From: Clostridia bacterium
GTDB taxonomy: Bacteria > Bacillota > Clostridia > UBA1212 > DUPL01
Length of the DNA: 64,000 bases
Assembly: GCA_050951325.1 (NCBI GenBank)
Contig: JBMNIW010000009.1
Location: forward strand, 1-64,000
Reading direction: 5' to 3'
Numbering within the stretch: position 1 is the stretch's first letter; each line of letters opens with the position of its first letter. Below the pieces are notes generated by a model. The model was not told the DNA's origin and made no database searches. It worked only from the letters and a program-made list of their open reading frames with translations. Below are positions 1 to 10,480 of the stretch, one piece after another. A program made the translations under genes and the position numbers.

Positions 1-210
1 TAGTAATTATGTCTGCAATAATGCCATTCTTTTGAGCCGCATCGCCACTTTTCTAACCGCATCAAAAAAAATTCACTATCATACATACCGTAGACACCCA
101 AAGCACTGGTTAGGTCCAATCTATGCACATACAAAATATCCATACTTCTGGAAGGTTTTTAGAGAGACATAAACAAAAAGATAGCTGAAATCGAAAGCAA
201 GTAAAGTAAA

Positions 211-236
211 AATCCCACCCAGACTCGGGTGGGATT
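211..236. repeat. Left copy of 26-bp target-site duplication (terminator hairpin AATCCCACCCAGACTCGGGTGGGATT)
   Basis: Identical to 1745-1770; self-complementary AATCCCACCC/GGGTGGGATT. Confidence 0.9.
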
Positions 237-1744
237 CAGACTGTCGAAAAAGTCCAGTGAGAACTGGGCTTTTTTGCATTAATATAGTAAAATATTATTG
301 GGTGACGGAAATGATAATTAAGAATGAAGATAAACGAAGAAACGTGGTAATAGTAGATATAGAAACATTGGTACCAGAAAATCACTTGCTGCGGAAAATC
401 GACAGCTGCATCAATTGGAACAAGATATACGAATTTGTAGAAGACTTGTACAGTCCTAATATGGGAAGACCAAGTGTTGACCCAGTTGTGCTGGTGAAAA
501 TGGTATTTCTTCAGCATTTATATGGGCTACGGTCATTGCGCCAGACAGCGGAAAATGTCTCAGTAAACATTGCATTTCGCTGGTTCCTTGGATATGACCT
601 AATAGATAAAACACCTCATTTTTCAACCTTGAGCTACAACTTCAAACACAGGTTTAGCAGTGAAGTTTTTGAAAAAATATTCACATGGGTGTTGGAAGAA
701 GCGATAAATGGCGGATATGTACAACCGGAAGTTATTTTTGTGGATTCAACCCATATCAAGGCGAATGCTAACAGCAAGAAACAGATGAAGAAATATATAC
801 CTGCAGCAGTGAAGGCATACGAAGAACAGTTATACAAGGAAATAAATGAAGACAGGGAAAATCATGGCAGGAAAACCTTAAATAATGAATCTAAGCGAAA
901 CGAGGAACAGCGTGAGGTTACTGCATCAACAACTGATCCAGATAGTGGTCTTTTTCATAAAGGAGAGCATAAAAAATGCTTTGCATACAGTGCTCACACT
1001 GTATGCGACCAAAATAATTTTATCCTTGAGGTAGAAGTCACTCCTGGGAACATTCATGACAGTATAGTGTTTGACACGGTTTATGACAGAGTAACCAGCC
1101 GCTTACCTGATGTAAAAGTAGTAACAGTAGATGCAGGATACAAAACGCCATGGATATGTAAAAAGATATTCGATGACAACCGTATTCCTTCAATGCCGTA
1201 CAAAAGACCAATGACCAGAAAAGGAAACCACCCCTGGCAAGAATATAGATATATGACGAATATTATGACTGTATCATATGCCCTGAGCATCAAATACTAA
1301 ACTACGCCACCACCAACCGAAACGGATATCGTGAATATAAGAGCAACCCTGACATTTGCAAGAATTGCCCGACAAGGAAAAAATGCACCATCAGCAGGAA
1401 CTGTCAGAAGACCGTAACTCGCCATATCTGGCATGAATATATTGAACGGGCAGAAGACGTAAGGCATTCACCTCTTGGGAAAGAAACATACAGTATGAGG
1501 AGCCAAACGATTGAACGAGTCTTTGCTGATGCAAAAGAAAAACACGGAATGAGATACACAACATTTAGAGGCCTTGCCCAGGTGAGGAATTGGGTTAGGC
1601 TTAAATTTGCTGCCATGAACCTAAAAAAACTGGCACTAAGGGGTCATGTTTGCCCTTTATTTTATCGATTTTGGGCTATATTTTTGATATTTCAAAGAAA
1701 ACAGGCATTCTCACCCACGTGAATGCCTGTTTTTCGACAATCTG
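237..1744 (+). mobile_element. IS1182-family insertion sequence
   Basis: Terminal IRs CAGACTGTCGAAAA (237-250) and TTTTCGACAATCTG (1731-1744), 13/14 match; flanked by 26-bp direct repeat; DDE transposase inside. Confidence 0.9.
308..1722 (+). pseudogene. IS1182 transposase, frameshifted near 1247
   Basis: LVPENHLLRKID, GRPSVDP, FVDSTHIKANA and VDAGY motifs; removing 2 nt at GAATAT-AG-ATATAT restores EYIYDEYYDCIICP...RSQTIERVFADAKEKHGMRY; start approximate. Confidence 0.85.
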
Positions 1745-1772
1745 AATCCCACCCAGACTCGGGTGGGATTTT
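1745..1772. terminator. Right copy of duplicated, probably bidirectional intrinsic terminator
   Basis: 10-bp stem with T-run on the + side, immediately after the sialidase-like gene stop. Confidence 0.75.
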
Positions 1773-1774
1773 TA

Positions 1775-2848
1775 TTATGGAACTTTGCATATGATTTTCT
1801 TCATGTATGAATCCGGATCAAGCAGTTTCCCTGCAATTATCTCCTCCTCGGTAAAACTGGCCATCAGGATCTCTTTCACACTATGCCGTTCCCTGTCATA
1901 AACAAGATAAATCCTGCCATCCGCATCCTGAACAAGATCAGGATATGATACGTTAGATCTTTCATCTATTAAAAGCATATAATCGAAAGACTCACCCTGG
2001 TTGGTAGATAATAGTGCTGTCAGATGTGATCTGCCTGTAAACTTATGGTGATTTACAAGCAAAATGTTGCCTGATTCCAGCTTTCCTATGAAGAACCTTG
2101 AACAAGGTCCCGGAAATGCCGGATTCTCTAGTTCAGACCAGGTCTTTCCCCCATCCGTCGAGACTGTTCTTGCCACACCCTCAATAGTTCTTACCAACAT
2201 CCACAAGGTGCTGTCATTTATTTCAACAATCATCGGTTCATCAAACATTTTCTTATTACGCTCGGTCTTTAATGCGGTGAGACGTTTTTCAAAAGTCACA
2301 CCCTTATCCTTTGTAACATAATAAGCATACCTGCCGTGAATCCAGTCATATGCGGGAAACACCCATTCTCCATTGCCTAGAACCGTAGGCTTGCATCTCA
2401 GATACCCATCTGTCAACCGTCTAGGTTCGCTCCATACCGGTTTTTCATCATCCGGATTTTCCGTCACAATAGCCCAGACACCAAATACTCCATCATTGGA
2501 ATCAATGGTTTTCTCCTCTGTTAGAACCTTTGTCTGGGTCCACAATACCCATAGTCTGTCATCAGGATCAAGCCAGAGCTCAACATCAATTGCTCTGTAA
2601 CTTTCCTCCCTCACAGGTGCTATAACCAGAAAGGGTTCCTCCCATGTTTCGCCTCCATCAAAACTTCTTGCCACAACGCTATAGTTGTCAGGATGAGGTT
2701 CATATGGACCTCCTGAGAACCACCCTGTGTAAATAGTTCCTTTTTTTGTTCTTTCAATCGTAGGGCAACCCTGCCATATTCTCTTTTCCACAGAAAATGA
2801 TTCATCCGGTTCAAATATCAGCCTAGCAGGTTTCATTACTCTTTCCAT
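1775..2848 (-). CDS. Sialidase-like BNR/Asp-box beta-propeller protein (GH33-like)
   Basis: Asp-boxes SFDGGETW, TKDKGVTF, STDGGKTW, STNQGESF; C-terminal SYP...YD motif. Confidence 0.8.
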   Translation of the reverse strand: MERVMKPARLIFEPDESFSVEKRIWQGCPTIERTKKGTIYTGWFSGGPYEPHPDNYSVVARSFDGGETWEEPFLVIAPVREESYRAIDVELWLDPDDRLWVLWTQTKVLTEEKTIDSNDGVFGVWAIVTENPDDEKPVWSEPRRLTDGYLRCKPTVLGNGEWVFPAYDWIHGRYAYYVTKDKGVTFEKRLTALKTERNKKMFDEPMIVEINDSTLWMLVRTIEGVARTVSTDGGKTWSELENPAFPGPCSRFFIGKLESGNILLVNHHKFTGRSHLTALLSTNQGESFDYMLLIDERSNVSYPDLVQDADGRIYLVYDRERHSVKEILMASFTEEEIIAGKLLDPDSYMKKIICKVP

Positions 2849-3115
2849 GTTTTCATTCCTCCTTATCTAACAAACTGGATCAGTGTTCAAAAACACTTCA
2901 AATTATTTATATCACATTTTTTCTAAATGTGGTTATTTTGGTTCAATTTTGATCAATTATTGCTGTCTTGAAATCTAATATCATCCTTTTGCCAGTGTGT
3001 CCGACAATACCAATCATAACTTTGCTGGAGTGACTGATTTTGAACATAATTGCTCATTTATGCTCCAAACCAAGTCAAAAGGCATTTTTTCGCAAAGATT
3101 GACTAGCTTTCATGT

Positions 3116-3535
3116 TTAATTATATGAGTGAAAAGCAAAGACGAAGTGCTCTCCATATGTGAGCGTTAATGCAAAAATTGATAGTACCGTTTTGTTTTGC
3201 ATATTGGATCTTATGACCGCATTCCTGGCAGCTTCCAATGCTTCATCATTATCCATCCGTACAACATTCAGCGAAGTTCCGAACTCAAGTTGCGTGCTAT
3301 CTGAAGGTGTAACGCCAACATCCAGCTGTTCATCATGAAGAAGCGCTTTCTGATAAGCTTTAATCACAGCCATATATTTTTCCCTGGTTTCCTGTTCCAG
3401 CATATCAAACTGCTCATCCGTCAAAGCCTGAATCGCATCTAACAAGTCAGATATCTCTTTGGCATTGCTTTTGGATATATCTCTTGCATCAGGAAGCAAA
3501 GCTATCATGGTCTCAACATCATCCACCTGCTGAAG
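3116..3535 (-). pseudogene. Fragment of an unknown helical (probably surface) protein
   Basis: 136-aa ORF lacking an RBS, abutting another gene fragment. Confidence 0.35.
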
Positions 3536-3539
3536 GCTT

Positions 3540-3960
3540 GGCTTCCTTCATGGATTTGCCAACCTCTCCACCGGAAGCAATTCCCATGTAATTTATAGAA
3601 ATACGGCATGAAGTGGCAAAAACAGGCAAAAGCAAACCAAGTTCCTGTTCCGAATCCTTCACAGTCACTCTAAGGCGGTAGGTTGCATAGCCAGACCCGC
3701 CAGGCTTTTCCTCTCCTATGATTTAATTGGTCCACATCTTTGGCACCTGCACAATTAGCCCTGCAGGTTTTTCAGTTGAAGATAATTGATGATGGGATAA
3801 AAACTCGCCCCAAAAGAACTCCCATTCTCCAGACATTTTGATCGCTTTTTTTCATATCCAACTGCGTCAAGTCAAGAAATCCAGCAACGGGTATAAGCAT
3901 ATGAATGAGACAAGCATGACAATAACCAGCCAGCCAAAAAAATCAGCAACCTTTTTATGT
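3540..3960 (-). pseudogene. Degraded N-terminal extracellular sensor domain (7TM-DISM-type) of a histidine kinase/cyclase
   Basis: Manual translation GFLDLTQLD...MSGEWEFFWGEFL...VPKMWTN*...GYATYRLRV...GEVGK with internal stop and frameshift. Confidence 0.6.
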
Positions 3961-4113
3961 TGAATTTTATGTAAGTAAAGTTCTCCCCTATGCATGATTT
4001 GCGTCAGTTTAGCATGAATCTGTGTTCACATGTGCCCCCGTTGCAAGGGTAAATATCAAAACCGTATTATACACAAGGTCGGGTTATCAAATCATTTATT
4101 TTTCCTGTTTCAG

Positions 4114-4776
4114 CTATAACACTGATACCCATAGCACAATCATGGCATCATATGCACCATGGGCAATAATCAAAGAAAGCAATGTACACCCTTTAATCTT
4201 CTCTCTGCACACACAAAACAGTAATCCGAGGAATGATGTCATAATAACTTGAATTATGTTTCCACTGAATATGTGAAACAGTCCAAACAGCAAGGATGAC
4301 ATTATGATGGCAAACCATCTGGAGTTCCTTAGTTCCAACAACTTGCTGAATATATATCCTCGAAACACAAATTCTTCCGCCAAAGCGACACCAAATATCG
4401 CATATACGAACTGATAGGCAAACTTCCATGCCTCATTATATGTAGTGCTTCCAACCATATCTTTAAATCCAAATACAATTGGCAAGACAGTAAGAACCAA
4501 GGACATCGCAACCGCTATTAATATTCCGATTTCAATTTGCAAACCTATCTTTTCTTTACTAAAACCAACGTCACCTGGTTTCTCTTTATTCAATATCATC
4601 AATATTGCCGGACCAATTATAATCAGCCACTGTGTTACAATCATTAAAATCATTCGTAATGGCAATGAAAATGTCATAAGCAGATATTGGTTAAATAACG
4701 ATACGCCAAAGACTGCAACAAATGCACAACCGATGGTTATAATAAGTTGTATTGCTGATCTGGTTTTTTCATTCAT
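4114..4776 (-). CDS. CPBP/CAAX (Abi) family intramembrane glutamic endopeptidase
   Basis: EEFVFRG, FGLFH, HGAYD motifs; multiple TM segments. Confidence 0.9.
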   Translation of the reverse strand: MNEKTRSAIQLIITIGCAFVAVFGVSLFNQYLLMTFSLPLRMILMIVTQWLIIIGPAILMILNKEKPGDVGFSKEKIGLQIEIGILIAVAMSLVLTVLPIVFGFKDMVGSTTYNEAWKFAYQFVYAIFGVALAEEFVFRGYIFSKLLELRNSRWFAIIMSSLLFGLFHIFSGNIIQVIMTSFLGLLFCVCREKIKGCTLLSLIIAHGAYDAMIVLWVSVL

Positions 4777-4864
4777 GACTAATCCCTCTTTCTGTTATGC
4801 AAATCAGGTCCTTGAATATCATATCAAGTATTTCTGACATACAGATGATATAAACTTTAAATCT

Positions 4865-5646
4865 ATTTTAAATAAATTGTATTGCCACAGTGCATTCGGC
4901 AGTCTTGAAGCAAGATGCTCAAACGCTTTTTTACCGGTGCAATGACAAGTATGGAACTCCACCTGTGAATACTTTTTTAAGTTTTACACTATTTCTTCCA
5001 ATAAACGCTTATCAATTGTATTTTCGTCAGTGGATTGAAAAGGTGATATCCTCCCACGCAAACCTGCGGATTATAACTTGCTGCCTTATCCATGATGTTT
5101 ACAATTCCTGAATACCCACATCCAATTATTACAGCTGTCCGGTCTTCCCGGACTACAAGAGTCTGTTCATGTCTGAGGTGGTCTTTATGATGACCTTCAT
5201 ACAGTAAATCATTTGCATTTGAATATCACTTGCTGTCATTGTCTACGATATACAGACTTAATTCATCATCATTTTTCATATTGCCATCTACAAGAATTAC
5301 CTGTGGATGGATTTCCAAACTATCGTCCAGACCGATATTTACAAGGAAAAATAGAAACTTGCTGTAATGCCGCTTAAATGCACTGCGCTGCACGTATATT
5401 TTCGCCTTTGTGTTGACCTGCAAAAAACTCCGCAAAGCTCCACCATGATCATTAAGGCCATGTGAAATAATGACAGTGTCTATTTCTGAAAGATCAATAT
5501 TCATTTTTTTGCGTTTTCTAATAATGTATCGTCCGGACCTAGATCAAACAGCAGTTTATGCTGTGCTGTCTCAATATATAGTGAAAGACCATGTGTTGCT
5601 TTAGTATGCCTTCAGAAAGATTTTCTACTAATGCTGTAATTCTCAT
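4865..5646 (-). pseudogene. MBL-fold metallo-hydrolase pseudogene
   Basis: Fragments MRITALVEN, HGLSLYIET..LFDLGP, IISHGLNDHGG, GGYHL, CHCTG in different frames. Confidence 0.8.
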
Positions 5647-5679
5647 AAAACATCTCCTTTCTGTTTCTTATTGAGTACA

Positions 5680-5737
5680 AAAAAAGCTGTAATTCAGGTT
5701 CTATTTTATCATATCATTAAAACCTGTATTACAGCTG
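5680..5737 (-). terminator. Intrinsic terminator
   Basis: AGCTGTAATACAGGTT...AACCTGAATTACAGCT followed by a T-run on the minus strand. Confidence 0.55.
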
Positions 5738-5746
5738 ATTTGAACT

Positions 5747-6245
5747 TTAAATCCATCTTAAATGTTTGGAATACTGACTACATGTATTTTTGTGCCTTAA
5801 TTGTAAATAACTCTCTTTTGGCTCCATAAGTTCTGCATGGGTGCCCTCTTCGCATATCCTTCCAGATTCGAGGTATGCAATTCTGTCACAATGAATGACA
5901 TTGGCAAGACGATGGGTGATCACAATGGTGGTTCTTCCCTGCATAAGTTTTAATGTAGTATCAAATATCTCATTTTCCGTTTCAACATCAAGTTATGAGA
6001 TGGGTTCATCCAATACAATCAGACCGGATTCAAACAAAAACGATCTTGCAAGAGATAATTTTTGAGACCGCCCTCCTGGCAGTACAACACCATTGAAATC
6101 AAACTCTTTCGTAATCTGTCTATCAATGTCGTTCTCAAAGGAGTTGCGTTCAAGTCAGCTCATATCAATGGCGTGAAAAATGTCCTCATCATGATGGAAC
6201 TTCTCCATACAACCAAAAGCTACGTTTTCCCTTACGGTAAGTGAG
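5747..6245 (-). pseudogene. ABC transporter ATP-binding domain fragment
   Basis: LTVRENVAFG, degenerate signature LPGGRSQKLSLARSF, VLDEPIS*LD, ITHRL; internal stops, N-terminus missing. Confidence 0.8.
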
Positions 6246-6461
6246 CAAACCAGTATGTGGTATTTCAACTTGTTTCACCAGTACAATTATAGGAAAATTA
6301 TAACAGCAAGAATTATTTAATGCAAATCTGTTTATGGTAGACTAGAATCCCAGCACTCCGGAAGTTAAGAATCCGAGCAGTTTGGAAAAGTAAAACTCCA
6401 TTGCTTCGCACCTCGAGATAATATATCCTTTTAGTGACTAAACTGAAAGGAGATAAAGGAG

Positions 6462-7994
6462 ATGTTAACAATGGAGCAAATATATAATATCAGAAATATG
6501 TATAAAAATGAAGGAAAGAGTTTGAGGCAGATTGCAAGGGAGACAAAACACGATTTTGAGACTGTAAAGAAATACGTAGAAATGGAGGACTTTAGTCCCA
6601 AGGTTCCTGTAAAGGTTAAGCGTAGCGGCAAGACATCTAAATATCGAGAAAGAGTGAAACAATGGCTTACGGATGATCTATCTGCCCCTCCAAAGCAACG
6701 TCATACAGCACATCGGGTTTACACCAGATTAAAGGAAGAAGCTTTAAAAGAAGGTGAAGAGTTTAATGTATCTGAACGCGCTATACGTACTCTCGTTGCT
6801 GATATTAGGCAAGAAATAAAAGAAATAAAAAATACTCATTTACCCCTTGAGCATCCTGCAGGTGAGGCACAAGTCGACTTTGGTAAAACTGAATTTTACG
6901 AAAAGGGAATACTTTATGAAGGACATCATTTAGTAGTAACATTTCCTCATTCAGATGGCAAGTTTGTCCAGCTGTTGGTGAATTTAGAGTGCTTGATGCA
7001 GGGACTCAAAAACGTCTTTGAGTATCTAGGCAAGGTGCCTACAATAATTCGTTTTGATAACATGAGTACAGCAGTAAAAAGAATTAAATCGTACGGAGAA
7101 AGAGAAGTCACTGATGGCTTCAAGAGACTAATGTGCCATTATGGCTTTAAAAGCAATTTTTGCAACCCAAACTCTGGTCATGAAAAAGGATCTGCCGAGA
7201 ATTATGTTGGAACAAGCCGAAGAAATATGTTTGTACCTGTGCCACGTATAGAGGATTTATCCGAGTACAATAAGATTCTTTTAGAGAAATGTTCAAGTGA
7301 TATGATAAGAGAACACTACAAGTACGAAAGACAAGTATGTGACCTTTTCAAAGAGGATTTAGCAGCAATGAACGAACTGCCAGCTATTGACTTTGATGCT
7401 TGCAAATTTGTTTTTGCTAAAACTGACAAATACGGACGTGCAAAATTTGAAACCAATTTGTACTCCACGAGCAGTTACTACGGGCAGAGTGAGGTAATGC
7501 TACAGGTATCTGCTATGTCTGTCAGAATATTAAATGCTAATTCTGAGTTAATTGTTGAACATCCAAGGTTATATGGCAAAAACCAAGAATCCATTAAGTG
7601 GGAGACCTATCTCCCTTTGATAGCAAAAAGACCGAAGGCGTTAAAGTATACAATGTTTTATGAGGAGTTGCCAGAAGAAACAAGAGAATTTTTTAAGCAA
7701 GTAGATCTACCAGATGCACAGAAAGCATTAAAGTTCTTTGCAGAACGAGCTGAGATAGAAGGCTATGAAAAAGCAATGGAGTTCTTCAATAAGGCAATAA
7801 CTTTAGGCGCAAACAGCTCAGAAAGCATACAAGCTGCATATAGGTACATAATCGATCCTGTGCTTCCTGAAGCTAATATCGAGACAAACGTAAAGTTTCC
7901 CAAACATGCAGAGTATAAAGTAGATTTACAAGCGTATATGTCTTTAGTTCGAGAAAGGGGTGTGGATAATGAGCAAGCAAAGAATAATACTTGA
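6462..7994 (+). CDS. istA: IS21 transposase
   Basis: N-terminal HTH (KSLRQIARE), GEAQVDFG, RFDNMSTAV, HEKGSAEN DDE motifs. Confidence 0.92.
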   Translation: MLTMEQIYNIRNMYKNEGKSLRQIARETKHDFETVKKYVEMEDFSPKVPVKVKRSGKTSKYRERVKQWLTDDLSAPPKQRHTAHRVYTRLKEEALKEGEEFNVSERAIRTLVADIRQEIKEIKNTHLPLEHPAGEAQVDFGKTEFYEKGILYEGHHLVVTFPHSDGKFVQLLVNLECLMQGLKNVFEYLGKVPTIIRFDNMSTAVKRIKSYGEREVTDGFKRLMCHYGFKSNFCNPNSGHEKGSAENYVGTSRRNMFVPVPRIEDLSEYNKILLEKCSSDMIREHYKYERQVCDLFKEDLAAMNELPAIDFDACKFVFAKTDKYGRAKFETNLYSTSSYYGQSEVMLQVSAMSVRILNANSELIVEHPRLYGKNQESIKWETYLPLIAKRPKALKYTMFYEELPEETREFFKQVDLPDAQKALKFFAERAEIEGYEKAMEFFNKAITLGANSSESIQAAYRYIIDPVLPEANIETNVKFPKHAEYKVDLQAYMSLVRERGVDNEQAKNNT

Positions 7995-8697
7995 GCTCTG
8001 TAAGCAATTAAGACTAGGAACATACATGGCCGAAGCATACAAAACAATAGAAGCTGAGACTAACGAAGATTTCTTAATAAGTTTACTGAGGGTTGTTGTT
8101 GAAGAAAGAGACATAGAACGTAAAAACCGATATTTAAAACAGGCTGGTTTTGATGTAATTAAAAGCTTTGCCAACTATTCCTTTGATTATGTACAACTGC
8201 CTGAAGAGCTATCAGTAGACGATTTAAAAGAATGTACATTTATCGAAAATAAACAGAACTTAATACTTTTTGGAAAGCCTGGAACCGGAAAGACTCACTT
8301 AGCAACCGCTATAGGTGTTGAAGCCTGCAGGAAAGGAAATAGAGTTGCTTATTACAAGACTAGTAGATTGGTTAACGATTTAGTTGAGGCAATGTCCTCA
8401 AAGAATCTAGAGAGCATCTGGAAGAAGCTTTTAAATGCAAAACTTGTCATATTGGATGAGTGGGGCTATATCCCGTTTGAAAAGACTGGTACTCAGTTAC
8501 TGTTTGAGGTAATTTCGGAATGCTATGAGCAACGTAGTGTAGTAATTACTACAAACCTACCTTTTAACGAATGGAACACTATCTTTTATGATGAAAAGCT
8601 AACTAATGCAATTCTGGACAGAATGGTACATCATGGTTATTTAATATTGCATAATGGACCAAGCTTTAGACTTGCTCATTCAACAATGAGGGCTTAA
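7969..8697 (+). CDS. istB: IS21 helper ATPase
   Basis: Walker A GKPGTGKT, Walker B ILDEWGY, TTNL, AILDRMVH, GPSFR. Confidence 0.93.
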   Translation: MSKQRIILELCKQLRLGTYMAEAYKTIEAETNEDFLISLLRVVVEERDIERKNRYLKQAGFDVIKSFANYSFDYVQLPEELSVDDLKECTFIENKQNLILFGKPGTGKTHLATAIGVEACRKGNRVAYYKTSRLVNDLVEAMSSKNLESIWKKLLNAKLVILDEWGYIPFEKTGTQLLFEVISECYEQRSVVITTNLPFNEWNTIFYDEKLTNAILDRMVHHGYLILHNGPSFRLAHSTMRA

Positions 8698-8746
8698 AGT
8701 TTATTAAATAAGTTGTACATAAGAGAGAATGGCTGGAGGTGGTAAA

Positions 8747-8857
8747 ATGCAATTCGGAAATAGAACAAGCAAAATGTGCATGTTGTTGTGCATTTCATTG
8801 TTCTCAATTGAACTAATAATGTTCCTAAGAGCTCAAGCTGTACTGTTTGGAAGTTAG
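8747..8857 (+). CDS. Putative 36-aa hydrophobic peptide carried in IS21
   Basis: GGAGGT RBS 6 nt before ATG; MQFGNRTSKMCMLLCISLFSIELIMFLRAQAVLFGS. Confidence 0.3.
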   Translation: MQFGNRTSKMCMLLCISLFSIELIMFLRAQAVLFGS

Positions 8858-9108
8858 AGTCTGGCTTCTGCAAAAGACACCATAGACATCCAGGATGGTG
8901 TTTAAAACCGATTTCTGGATCATGTGTGTAAAAGCTGTGCCCTTTCACTTTAGATGCTGTACAAAATGCTTATGTGGCTAATAATGTTCAAGAGAATATA
9001 GTCATTAGAAAAAATAAATAGTTTAAATAGCGAGGTGCATGGATTTTAACTTCCGCACTGCAGGGTTTTTAACTTCCGCACTGCACGGATTTATACTTGC
9101 CAAACACA

Positions 9109-10286
9109 AACAATATAATAGAAGCACTGATTTAATATACTATGATGTCACAAACTACTATTTTGCGATTGATCAAAATGATGAGTTTAGAAAGAAAGGC
9201 ATATGCAAGAGTCATACTCCTAATCCAATTGTACAAATGGGTTTAGCTATAGACGATCAAGGTTTTCCTATCTCGTATAAACTTTTTGAAGGAAATACAC
9301 ATGATTCACAAACACTTATGAAAATCCTCAGCAACATTAAATCGAAATTCAATACAAAGCGAGTTATTGTTGTTGCAGATAAAGGTCTAAACAGTGGTGA
9401 CAATATTGCTTTTAATACAACCCTTGGAGACGGTTATATATACGGTCAAAAAGTGAAAGGTTCAAGCAAGGATCTTCAAGAATATGCGCTTGACCAAAAG
9501 GGATATAGATGGGTTGGAACAGATGAGAAATTTAAAATAAAATCTAGAGTGATTCCTACAACTATTAATGTAACTGTTGGAAAGAATAAGAATGGAACAA
9601 ACAAAAAGAAAAAGGTCTCAATTGACCAAAAGCAAGTAATATTTTATAGTAAAAAATATGCTGAGCGTTCAAAAAAGAAAAGAGAAGAAGCTTTAAAAAA
9701 AGCAGCCGATATGATTGCAAATCCATCAAAATATACAAAGGCAACTAATTACGGAGCTGCTAATTATGTTCTAAATATCGAATTCGACAAGGAGACTGGT
9801 GAATATAAAGAAAACGGCAAGATTCTTACTTTAGATGAAGAAAAAATAAAACAAGAAGAAAAATTCGATGGATACTATGCTATTATCTCAAGCGAACTGG
9901 ACGAGACTGATGAATGCATTGTGGAGCATTATCATGGACTTTGGAAAATCGAAGAATCGTTTAAGGTTACAAAGAGTTATTTGGACGCCAGACCTGTTTT
10001 TCTTACTCTAGAAGAGCATATAAATGCGCATTTCTTTATTTGCTTTATTGCTTTACTTTTTACAAGAATAGTTGAAAAAAGGTTAGGCTACAAACACTCA
10101 GTCGAGAACATACTTAATTCATTGCGTGAAACTACTTGCAGCCATCTTGATGCTAACCTGTATCTTTTTGATTATATAGATGATGTAAGCGATGACATAA
10201 ATAAGGCATTTGGCCTAGAAATCGGCAAAAAAGTAATGACATTAAAAGAAATTAAAAATATTTTTGCAAAAGTTAAAAAACGCTGA
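9109..10286 (+). pseudogene. IS1634-family transposase, N-terminally truncated by IS21
   Basis: YYDVTNYYF, VQMGL, VVADKGLNS, YHGLWKIEESFKVTK..ARPVF...HINAHFFICF; ORF start at 9039 lies within the IS21 right end. Confidence 0.85.
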
Positions 10287-10480
10287 TTTATAACTACAAC
10301 TTTAAGCATTAGGGATGCCACATAAACCATTGTATATAGGTGTTTATGTGGCATTTGTAAAAATATGGCTTCGGAATAAAAGATATGGTGATTGTAAATG
10401 TGTAATCTACTGCGTTGAATTTGACATGAAATATGCCTTTCTGCTAAAATTCTTCGGTACATTTAATGCTTAGGATGTTT

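Larger units (their letters stand above)
6329..9108 (+). mobile_element. IS21-family insertion sequence
   Basis: TG...CA ends with imperfect IRs (TGTTTATGGTAGACTAGAATCC.. vs TGTGTTTGGCAAGTATAAATCC..); internal repeats TTTTAACTTCCGCACTGCA x2 at the right end; istA+istB. Confidence 0.85.

Noticed and set aside
1-205. Possible 3' end of a gene upstream of the terminator
   Set aside because: No frame gave a recognisable protein; too short to call.
9045-9085. Tandem repeat TTTTAACTTCCGCACTGCA as CRISPR or iteron
   Set aside because: Only two copies with no spacer; explained as IS21 terminal transposase-binding repeats.
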